Shown one piece after another: positions 38,243 to 46,303 of a stretch of DNA of 64,000 nt. Position 1 is the stretch's first letter. Every line of letters starts with the position of its first letter. The translations under genes were made by a program, and so were the position numbers. The DNA comes from Candidatus Melainabacteria bacterium 17Bon1m (GTDB lineage Bacteria; Cyanobacteriota; Vampirovibrionia; Obscuribacterales; Obscuribacteraceae). The stretch is taken from positions 480,001 through 544,000 of the forward strand of contig JAVLKG010000004.1 in NCBI GenBank assembly GCA_032128875.1, written 5' to 3'. The notes beneath the pieces were generated by a model. That model saw nothing but the letters and a program-made list of their open reading frames with translations, did no database searches and was not told the DNA's origin.

Positions 38243-39812
38243 TTTCGATACCGCTTTGCTTATTGGGTGATTCGCTTACATAATCCAAGTTCATTTGAAA
38301 AACAGCACCGCCACCTTCTCTTTGATAGGCGGTCAGCTGCCCTCCATTAGCTTCAACAAGACCTTTGCAGACTGCCAGTCCAATACCAAGACCCGGAATA
38401 TTGCTTTCGACTAAAGGCTCTGCTCGATAGAACTTCTCAAAAATTCGCATCTCCTCACCTTTGGGAAGTCCATCTCCTCTGTCGAGAATTTTGAATTGGA
38501 TTTGAGTATCGAGACTCTCCAATTCGACTTCAACCGGTTTGTTGGAAGGTGAGTATTTGAGCGCGTTTTCTAATAGATTGTGCAAGACTTGTTCGATTTG
38601 GACTGGGTCTACAAAAATGTCTTTGTGTTCTTCGTCGAGCTTTAGTTTGATACGCTCGTTCTCTTGGTCAGTGAACGAACTGAGAACGGAGCTCAATATT
38701 TCGGAGACTGAAGTTGGCTCACGTCGCGGTTTCCACGCACCACCTTCTAACTTCGACAAATTGAGAATATTGCCGACTAATTTATTCAAGCGATCCGTTT
38801 CGAGATCTGCTGCTTCCAAAAGATTTTTCTTCATCTCCGGATCCCAGGGAGTCTCGCCGTCAAGAAGTGCACTGACAGAAGCTTTAATAGTTGTGAGCGG
38901 ACTTCTGAAATCATGTGACACCATGGCGAGAAGTGCAGTCTTTAATGAGTCTGCTTCGATTAGTGCACTTGCTTTCGATTCAGCTTTCAACAGCCGATCG
39001 CGCTCTAACAGCGCCGCTATGTGATTGACGAGAGATTCTACTAAGCGGTTTTCTTCATATTGAAGTGTGCGCTCAGGTCTAAGAGTAAGTATGACGCTGC
39101 CGAGTCTTGTCTCTTCAAGAAGTATGGGAAACGTCTGCAGCAACAGTGGCCCCGTTCGATTGCCGTCAGTCTCAGAGCCTCTGGAAAGCACTATCGTGTC
39201 CGGCATTTGATCGCCGTTCAATTTCAATGTGGCCGATTCTACAGGCTCAATATTGGAAATCAGCTCCATTACTTTGCTGAGCGCTTTTGCTCGCTCTGGC
39301 TCTGATGCGACAGCCCAGCTAGCTTCCGCCAGAATTTCCATTTCTTGTCGACGCAGTTCTGCTTCTTCTGCACGTGTCTTGAGCAAAGCTGTTAATTGAC
39401 CAATGACCAGAGCAGTTATTAAGAAGACCGCTAAAGCGATGCATTCAGAGCTGGCATCTAACTGAATCGGTTCGACAAGACAAAGGTTGAAGGCGATAAA
39501 TCCACAGATTGAAGATACTAAAGCGGGTATACGACCTAAATAGGATCCGCACAAAACAACGACGAGCAAATAAAGAAGAGAGACATTCACGAGTCTTGTC
39601 GAAACGTGCGAAACGGTGATCAGGCAGCTCATCAAGCCGATTCCGGCAATTGAAATCAGCGAAGCCCATGGCTCGCGCTGCCACAGTCGGTCTCTGCCGA
39701 CAGTCTTTGCTATGTTTCGTCCCTTGAATTTGTCAACACCGTGAGTTGTTGTCCTGACGGCGTTTTCGGAATCTTGACGGAAGCTTGATATGTCCAAGGC
39801 CATCTTTGACAC
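38223..39812 (-). CDS. KdpD-like sensor kinase (DUF4118 TM - GAF-like - HisKA - HATPase) lacking the N-terminal KdpD/USP domains
   Basis: NVSLLYLLVVV TM block, ALLAMVSHDFRSPL, NLLENALKYS, GLGIGLAVC. Confidence 0.85.
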   Translation of the reverse strand: MSKMALDISSFRQDSENAVRTTTHGVDKFKGRNIAKTVGRDRLWQREPWASLISIAGIGLMSCLITVSHVSTRLVNVSLLYLLVVVLCGSYLGRIPALVSSICGFIAFNLCLVEPIQLDASSECIALAVFLITALVIGQLTALLKTRAEEAELRRQEMEILAEASWAVASEPERAKALSKVMELISNIEPVESATLKLNGDQMPDTIVLSRGSETDGNRTGPLLLQTFPILLEETRLGSVILTLRPERTLQYEENRLVESLVNHIAALLERDRLLKAESKASALIEADSLKTALLAMVSHDFRSPLTTIKASVSALLDGETPWDPEMKKNLLEAADLETDRLNKLVGNILNLSKLEGGAWKPRREPTSVSEILSSVLSSFTDQENERIKLKLDEEHKDIFVDPVQIEQVLHNLLENALKYSPSNKPVEVELESLDTQIQFKILDRGDGLPKGEEMRIFEKFYRAEPLVESNIPGLGIGLAVCKGLVEANGGQLTAYQREGGGAVFQMNLDYVSESPNKQSGIENESSSD

Positions 39813-39956
39813 CAGCTTGAAAGCCCCTGTGTAAATCTTATCGTGTCGGTGCTCAGTTGACCTGTACTAAGGCATGTTCAGGTTAACACGCAGAGCATTG
39901 GTGAGCAAACTATTCGATGCGATCAAAAACAATCCTCTAATAAATAGAAAGTTTGC

Positions 39957-39985
39957 AAAAACCACTTGCACGTACCTGCAAGTGG
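39957..39985 (-). terminator. Intrinsic terminator on the minus strand
   Basis: CCACTTGCA-N6-TGCAAGTGG perfect 9-bp stem followed by TTTTT on the minus strand. Confidence 0.6.
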
Positions 39986-40214
39986 CGCACTCGGTCCCTG
40001 GGCTGGTTGGGAGTTTGTTTGAGAACTGAGTAGTTCCAAATCTCAAACTTATCTTCCAGCCAACTCCGGGGGGACCAAACAAGCCTTGATCCGGTTGTCT
40101 AGAGGCAGGCAAATCAACACATGAAACACAGACTGGAAACCAGACATAAAAAGCCTGCATCTATGAAAGCTAGTGTTGAAGCTCTTCCTGAAGTGAAGGT
40201 ATGTCTTCCGGCGA

Positions 40215-40456
40215 CTGGCTGCGTAAGGTTTACTAATCAAAGAAATTCTCACGACCAATTCTTGGCAGTTCTCTTTCACGGCACACTATGTCTTTTCCTT
40301 CTCGAGATGGGAATGACTGCAGCAAAACGCTTGAAAGACTTAAAGCAGTACGGCGCGGCCTTGTTTGCGTTTGGTTTGATTATCCGTAGCGTTATCGCAA
40401 TTCCAATTTATTTGGCAATCGCAGAGCAAGTTTTGAGAACTTATCCAGTGGTTTAA
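40215..40456 (+). pseudogene. sbtA: Remnant of sodium-dependent bicarbonate transporter (SbtA family) C-terminus
   Basis: LFHGTLCLFLLEMGMTAAKRLKDL..FAFGL joined directly to the terminal IAIPIYLAIA helix; N-terminus and an internal part are missing; 5' boundary approximate. Confidence 0.65.
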
Positions 40457-40609
40457 GGGGACCCTCCACCGGCTGCTTTGCTAGACACAAGCTGCCATAG
40501 TCCCGACCCCAGGTCAGCAGGCGATCGCTTCGGCGGTCGCTTGTTGATTAGGTGATGAAATTGCCTATGGTGGTAATAGATCAATGTAAGGATTGAGGAG
40601 GACTGCGCG

Positions 40610-41065
40610 ATGAAAGTAAGTGGAAGGTCCTTGGCGATTGTGTTTCTGTCATCTCTTCTGGTTTTAGGCGGAGTTCAATCAGCAAGAGCCGGCGACCGGG
40701 TCAAGAGCGACGAAAAAGCGGCCGAAGCCGCAGCTGAAAAGGCCGCCATAGACTGGCTGGCTCTCATTGACCAGTCAAAATATATGCAAAGTTGGGATGA
40801 GGCGGCTCCATATTTCAAGTCAATGTTGAACAAGTCTCAATGGGAATCGCAGGTCAAGGCTGCACGTGAACCAATGGGCAAGCTGATCTCTCGCAGTGTA
40901 AAAACGAGACAATTCTCCAAAACCTTACCGGGAGCGCCTGACGGCGAGTATGTCGTAATTCAGTTCGACACGAAGTTTGAAAACAAAGCTGCGGCAGTGG
41001 AAACAATCACTCCCCAAAAGGATCCGGAAGGTAATTGGCGGGTCAGCGGGTATTTCATACGCTGA
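40610..41065 (+). CDS. Secreted DUF4019-domain protein
   Basis: Signal peptide; WLALID, LPGAPDGEYVVIQFDTKFENK, WRVSGYFIR. Confidence 0.85.
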   Translation: MKVSGRSLAIVFLSSLLVLGGVQSARAGDRVKSDEKAAEAAAEKAAIDWLALIDQSKYMQSWDEAAPYFKSMLNKSQWESQVKAAREPMGKLISRSVKTRQFSKTLPGAPDGEYVVIQFDTKFENKAAAVETITPQKDPEGNWRVSGYFIR

Positions 41066-41301
41066 AAAGTAGCTGATAGAGAACTCTGATTACTAATTAA
41101 GCTCGACTTAAAGGGCGGCAAGTCTGTGGCTGGACGCATGGATCGAGGCGTTAGCCGTGAAGAGACATTAATAGTTGTCCGTAAAGATCCGTCCTTGCTC
41201 ATATTAGAAACTTCTGTGCGGAGGTTATAATCCGCGTGAATGCGCCAACGCGCCTAATTTGGTATGCCTGCAAATTAAGAACCGCCTCGGAAACCTTGGA
41301 A

Positions 41302-42909
41302 ATGATCATAGTCAACGAAGTAAGTAAAGGATTCGGCTCTCGGACGCTCTTTGATAACGTATCTGTCAAATTCAGCCCGGGTTATAGATATGGTTTGACC
41401 GGACCCAATGGTGCCGGAAAGTCCACATTCATGAAGATTTTGACCGGTGAGGTTGAACCTACCAATAACGGCACGATCAGCCGTCCGTCGAAAGTGGGCG
41501 TCTTAAAACAAGATCAATTTGCGTACGACAATGAACGTATCGTTGACACTGTTGTGATGGGCAACGAAGTATTGTGGAACGCTTTTAAGGAGAGAGAACA
41601 ACTCTGTCAATTGACTGAATTGACAGAAGAGCAAATGCTCCGGCTTGGTGATTTGGAGTCGATTGTTGCTGACGAAGATGGCTATACGGCTGAATTTGAA
41701 GCAGCAGAAATCTTGAGGGGAATTGGCATTCCCGATGAAGAGCATGAAAATTTGATGAGCACGTTGCCGACTGACTATAAGTTTCGCGTGCTTTTGGCTC
41801 AAGCGCTCTTTGCCGGTCCCCAAGCACTTCTTCTAGATGAGCCGACAAACCACTTAGACCTTGAATCTATCCACTGGTTAGAAGAATTTTTGGCGGACTA
41901 CAAAGGTGTTTTGATCGTTATCTCACACGATAGGCATTTTTTGAATTCAGTTTGCACCCATATCGCAGACATCGACTACGACACAATCATTGTCTATCCG
42001 GGCAATTATGACGACATGGTCGAACACAAAATGCAGGCACGTCAATCGATCGAAGCCGATAATCGAGAGAAAGCGAAGAAGGTTGCTCAGTTGCAAGAAT
42101 TCGTTGCCAGATTTGCAGCAGGTCAACGCTCTAGCCAGGTTCAATCACGGAAAAAAGAAATTGCCAGACTTGCTCCTCAAGAATTGAAGAGGTCAAACAT
42201 TCAAAGACCTTACATTCGATTCGAGCAAGAAAAGCCGCTTGGGCGTGAGATTCTGCGCGCTGAAGGGCTGACTAAAGAATTTGATGGAAAGACTCTCTTC
42301 AAAGACTTTAGACTCGACGTTTATCGTGGCGACAAAATTGCCATTATCGGTGGTAACGGTGTTGGAAAAACAACACTCATCCGGTGTTTGATTGGTGAAA
42401 TAGAGCCTGACAAAGGCAGCGTCAAATGGGGCGATAACGCGTCTTGGAGCTACTATCCTCAAGATTTTCACCAAGATATTCCTGCAAACACGACCGCCAA
42501 TGACTGGTTGATGACCTACATGACCGATGAAGGACATCAATTCGTGCGTGGTGTACTTGGAAGGATGCTCTTCTCTGGAGATGAAGCACAAAAGTCCACA
42601 GACGCCTTGTCGGGCGGAGAGGCTGCGCGTCTGCTTATGGCTCGCATGATGATGCAAAAGAATCCGATTCTCGTCTTTGACGAACCAACAAACCACCTGG
42701 ATCTGGAAGCTGTTAATGCTTTGGGAGAGGGCCTTTCAGTTTTTCAAGGCACGGTCTTCGTCGTATCGCACGACCGTGACTTGATTACAGATGTGGCAAC
42801 CAGGATCGTGTCCTTTACTCCGGAAGGAATTATCGACTTTAACGGAACCTATCCTGAGTACTTGGAAACGCACAAATTCAAGGAATACAGCCGCGCCGGC
42901 AAGCGCTAA
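41302..42909 (+). CDS. ABC-F family ATPase (YbiT-like)
   Basis: Two ABC domains (GPNGAGKST, LDEPTNHLD; GGNGVGKTT, LSGGE, FDEPTNHLD), no TM; start moved to ATG 41302. Confidence 0.93.
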   Translation: MIIVNEVSKGFGSRTLFDNVSVKFSPGYRYGLTGPNGAGKSTFMKILTGEVEPTNNGTISRPSKVGVLKQDQFAYDNERIVDTVVMGNEVLWNAFKEREQLCQLTELTEEQMLRLGDLESIVADEDGYTAEFEAAEILRGIGIPDEEHENLMSTLPTDYKFRVLLAQALFAGPQALLLDEPTNHLDLESIHWLEEFLADYKGVLIVISHDRHFLNSVCTHIADIDYDTIIVYPGNYDDMVEHKMQARQSIEADNREKAKKVAQLQEFVARFAAGQRSSQVQSRKKEIARLAPQELKRSNIQRPYIRFEQEKPLGREILRAEGLTKEFDGKTLFKDFRLDVYRGDKIAIIGGNGVGKTTLIRCLIGEIEPDKGSVKWGDNASWSYYPQDFHQDIPANTTANDWLMTYMTDEGHQFVRGVLGRMLFSGDEAQKSTDALSGGEAARLLMARMMMQKNPILVFDEPTNHLDLEAVNALGEGLSVFQGTVFVVSHDRDLITDVATRIVSFTPEGIIDFNGTYPEYLETHKFKEYSRAGKR

Positions 42910-42942
42910 CACCGCTTGGCAGTTTTGCGGGTTGGAGATTCA

Positions 42943-42982
42943 GCCCTGGAAAAAAGGTCGTTAACGGCCTTTTTTCCAGGGC
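42943..42982. repeat. Dispersed palindrome, copy 6 (extended to 40 bp)
   Basis: GCCCTGGAAAAAAGGTCGTTAACGGCCTTTTTTCCAGGGC. Confidence 0.9.
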
Positions 42983-43001
42983 CTCGTTTTGCTTGCTGGA
43001 T

Positions 43002-44666
43002 TTACGAATTCTCTGGCTGTTTTTGTTTGCTCAAGCGAATGACATCTTCATCCAGATTGCCCGAGTGCTCCTGAGAGTCAGCCAAAAAGGTTTCCAGTTC
43101 ACTTGCTATAGCTTCTGCACTTTCATAACGCTTGGCGACATCAATGGCTGTTGCCTTTGCAACTATGAAATTCATCGTCTGGGAGAATTGGTTGCCCAGT
43201 TGTGCAGTTTGGATCGCTTCTGGCTCAGTTCCTGTCAGCAGAAAGTACATTGACGCGCCCAGCGAATAAAGGTCGCTCTGTGGAACAGGTTTTCCTCGGA
43301 ATTGTTCTGGCGCCATAAAATTTGGCTTGCCCACAACTGAGCCTGTGACATTTGCTTCGACCTGCCTGGCTACGGAAAAATCAATCAGCTTAAGCATGCC
43401 TTCTGCACTCAGTATTAAATTGTCTGGTGTGAAATCGCGGTGCGTAACAGGCGGTTCATTGCTATGTAGAAATTTCAAAATCCCACACATTTGCCATGCC
43501 AAACGCGCCACTTCCCGTTCGTTCAGTCTCCCTTCTCGTTGTACCAGCGATTTGAGATTTTCTCCTTTGGCTCTTTCCATAACCAGATAGGCTCTGTGAT
43601 CTTCGATGAATAAGTCGAAAAAGCGCACTATCTGCGGATGATGAAGTCTAGACAACATTTCTGCTTCAACTTGAAAGCGCTCTGCGGCCTTCATGCGCAC
43701 TTTAGGATCCGGATATACAGGCAGCATGAATTCCTTCAACGCAATTAAATTTGCATCGGCCGGCAGTCGTTCTGAACGTGCCAGATAAACAGTTCCCTGA
43801 CCGCCCATCCCTAGCTTTTCTTGAATGGTGTATGCACCATCTTGTAACTTCAGTCCGGGAGACAGTGGCGTTAGTTTGTCTCGCTTGGGTGCGGCCGCCA
43901 GCTCGCGGAGCCAAATTTCAGTATAGCTTTGTCTTACTGTTGGAGAGCCGAAAACATCTTTCAGTTCTTCGCATGAGACATCTGCTGGTACCAGTTTAGT
44001 CAATACTTCTATAAGCTTCATTCGATGCCACGGAGAGAGAATATCTCCATAGCGAATTTTTACCGGTTTTGCGTTATTTGAATGGATCGTTATTACATAG
44101 TCGAGATTCGATCGCTTTTTTTCGGGACGAATCAATTTGACCTCGACGATTTCACTCCATGGCACAAATTGCTTCGAGACCCACTGTGCACTGACTTCGG
44201 AGGAAATTGAGACTGACTTTAGCATTATTTCCAGTCCCGAACTTCCCAAATAGATTGTATTTGGATTTACCTTTTGTTCGAGCGTCAGCTTCGCAATCCA
44301 CAGTCCAATCAAAATGAAAATTGGCTGCGAAACTGTAGAGAGAATTTGGATGAAATCGAAACTGCTATTGCTTGCCTGCATCTTCAAAAATGGCTTGAAA
44401 GGCACAAGCAATGTCTTTGCTAGAAAAATTAAAGCCGGTTCCAGCACATTGGTGGAAATTCCTATCAAAAAAACCAATCCGATACCAAAGAAAAACGCCG
44501 GCAACCATTTGTCGATGAGACGAAACCAGATTGATACTTCAGCATTAGGACAGTAGTCCAGGTACTCTGCCTGAAATGATGATTTAGTCGGCTCCAAACC
44601 AAGTCTGCTCTTCGATTCAGGACCAACAAATTTGTTTGCGTACTTCCCGAGAGGTATTTCGCTCAT
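43002..44666 (-). CDS. Membrane Ser/Thr kinase (2 TM + PH-like domain + kinase)
   Basis: LGMGGQGTVY, ALKE, HRDFTPDN, DFS, APE; ATGA overlap with the upstream kinase. Confidence 0.88.
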   Translation of the reverse strand: MSEIPLGKYANKFVGPESKSRLGLEPTKSSFQAEYLDYCPNAEVSIWFRLIDKWLPAFFFGIGLVFLIGISTNVLEPALIFLAKTLLVPFKPFLKMQASNSSFDFIQILSTVSQPIFILIGLWIAKLTLEQKVNPNTIYLGSSGLEIMLKSVSISSEVSAQWVSKQFVPWSEIVEVKLIRPEKKRSNLDYVITIHSNNAKPVKIRYGDILSPWHRMKLIEVLTKLVPADVSCEELKDVFGSPTVRQSYTEIWLRELAAAPKRDKLTPLSPGLKLQDGAYTIQEKLGMGGQGTVYLARSERLPADANLIALKEFMLPVYPDPKVRMKAAERFQVEAEMLSRLHHPQIVRFFDLFIEDHRAYLVMERAKGENLKSLVQREGRLNEREVARLAWQMCGILKFLHSNEPPVTHRDFTPDNLILSAEGMLKLIDFSVARQVEANVTGSVVGKPNFMAPEQFRGKPVPQSDLYSLGASMYFLLTGTEPEAIQTAQLGNQFSQTMNFIVAKATAIDVAKRYESAEAIASELETFLADSQEHSGNLDEDVIRLSKQKQPENS

Positions 44667-46063
44667 TTGCCTCTCCAACTGGAAAGTGTATTGGCGACGT
44701 CTCTTGCAGCGCCGGGCCGCTTCTCTTGTTCAAGTTGCGTTAGCGAAATAACCAAATCGTTTAGATATTCTGGCACGTCAGGTTTTACTGTTTGCGGGCT
44801 GGAAATACTGATAGGTTCTGGATCTTTGCCTGTAAGTAAAAAGAAGAGTGTACATCCGAACGAATAGAGATCGCTCTTCACAGTTGGCTTTCCTCTCAAC
44901 TGTTCGGGTGCAATGTAAGCTTGTTTTCCGATTAAAGTGCACGTTGCCGTGCCCAAGAAAGAATTTGCGGCACCAAAGTCGATTATTGAAAGCGTCTCGT
45001 CTTCTTTTAAAATGATATTGTCAGCCGAAATGTCTCGATGCACTACAGGCGGTTCTTGCTCGTGCAAGTAAGAAAGAATTTCAGCAATTTGGCGACCCCA
45101 CTCGATAGTCTCCCTGTAGGAAACAGACCCATTCTCTTTGACAAATCTGCGTAAATCAGTGCCTTTCACATACTCCATGAGCAAGTAGTGACGATCATCT
45201 TCGACAAAATAATCATAAACTCGTGCCAAGCCGTGATGGTTTAAACGGCTTAGATAATGCGCTTCGCGCTCGAGCATATGAATTGATTGCTTGCGCAATT
45301 TTTCATCTGCTTCCTTCGGAATCACTGCTTCTTTTAATACCAAAGTTTTACTGTCTGTGTCTTTGACGAGATAGATTGCCGACAGTCCACCGAAAGCCAT
45401 TTGTCTTTCCAAAGTCAGTAAGCCTTCTTGTAATTTGTGTCCGGGTTCAAGTGGAATGAAATTGGTGGCTCCAAACCGGACTGAAAGCTCTTCTTCCCAC
45501 ATCTCTGTATAGGAGTGCTTGTCCTTTTCATCCGTAAGCGTATGTCCACTTAGATGTGCGCGTGCTTCCAGAAGCGCCGGAAAACTGTCACTACCACCTC
45601 CCCAGACATCGATTGCCACAATCATTTGCTCGAGATCTTTCGGTTTGAAGTATCTAGAATCAAATTCGACCTTTTTGCCGTCCTTGAAGGAGAGCTTGAG
45701 TAGACCTCCTTTTTCACGCGCTCGAAAGCTGACCGTCATTAGATCCGCCCATTGACGCTCAGATCGAAAACCGAAGCGGGGAAGCAGGAAAAATGGCAAT
45801 GAAATGCCTTCCCTTGTGAGAAAAACGCTATCGTCAGAGGAAAGTAGCGCTAAAGAAATTAGCGCGGCAAAGAAAATTATCTCCATCATGATTAAGAGTG
45901 AGGTTGGTCCATACTGAATAAAACTGCTGACGACGGCGAAAGTCATGACGAAGCTGGACCAAAATAGAAAAACACCCATTAAAGGCAAAAATACATAGAG
46001 CGAGCGATTCAAAATAAGAACTGGATAGGTCCTATAGCGAATGTTAACTTCTGCTTCCGACAT
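44663..46063 (-). CDS. Membrane Ser/Thr kinase (2 TM + PH-like domain + kinase)
   Basis: FGGLSAIY, VLKE, HRDISADN, DFG, YIAPE; start moved to ATG 46063. Confidence 0.88.
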   Translation of the reverse strand: MSEAEVNIRYRTYPVLILNRSLYVFLPLMGVFLFWSSFVMTFAVVSSFIQYGPTSLLIMMEIIFFAALISLALLSSDDSVFLTREGISLPFFLLPRFGFRSERQWADLMTVSFRAREKGGLLKLSFKDGKKVEFDSRYFKPKDLEQMIVAIDVWGGGSDSFPALLEARAHLSGHTLTDEKDKHSYTEMWEEELSVRFGATNFIPLEPGHKLQEGLLTLERQMAFGGLSAIYLVKDTDSKTLVLKEAVIPKEADEKLRKQSIHMLEREAHYLSRLNHHGLARVYDYFVEDDRHYLLMEYVKGTDLRRFVKENGSVSYRETIEWGRQIAEILSYLHEQEPPVVHRDISADNIILKEDETLSIIDFGAANSFLGTATCTLIGKQAYIAPEQLRGKPTVKSDLYSFGCTLFFLLTGKDPEPISISSPQTVKPDVPEYLNDLVISLTQLEQEKRPGAARDVANTLSSWRGK

Positions 46064-46303
46064 GCTTTTGCCCGACGTGAGGTGCAAGTAATGTTCCCTT
46101 TCGGTTACCTAAATACGCGCACTGGCAATACCGTCGATAAGCCTGCGGGGATGGCACTCTTGCCCAGACGGAGCTAATGTAGGATCTCCCGGATAAGTGC
46201 ATAATGGCGGGCTGACAGACTTTGGCGCATCAGCCTCGTTGCGGCTTAGAATGCGCTAAAGACCTGCGAATGAGGCTGCCGTAGATATCTCGAGGATAGA
46301 GGC

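Noticed and set aside
40121-40456. Intact 111-aa gene
   Set aside because: The N-terminal part shows no SbtA-like character and the rest is a deleted fragment; treated as a pseudogene
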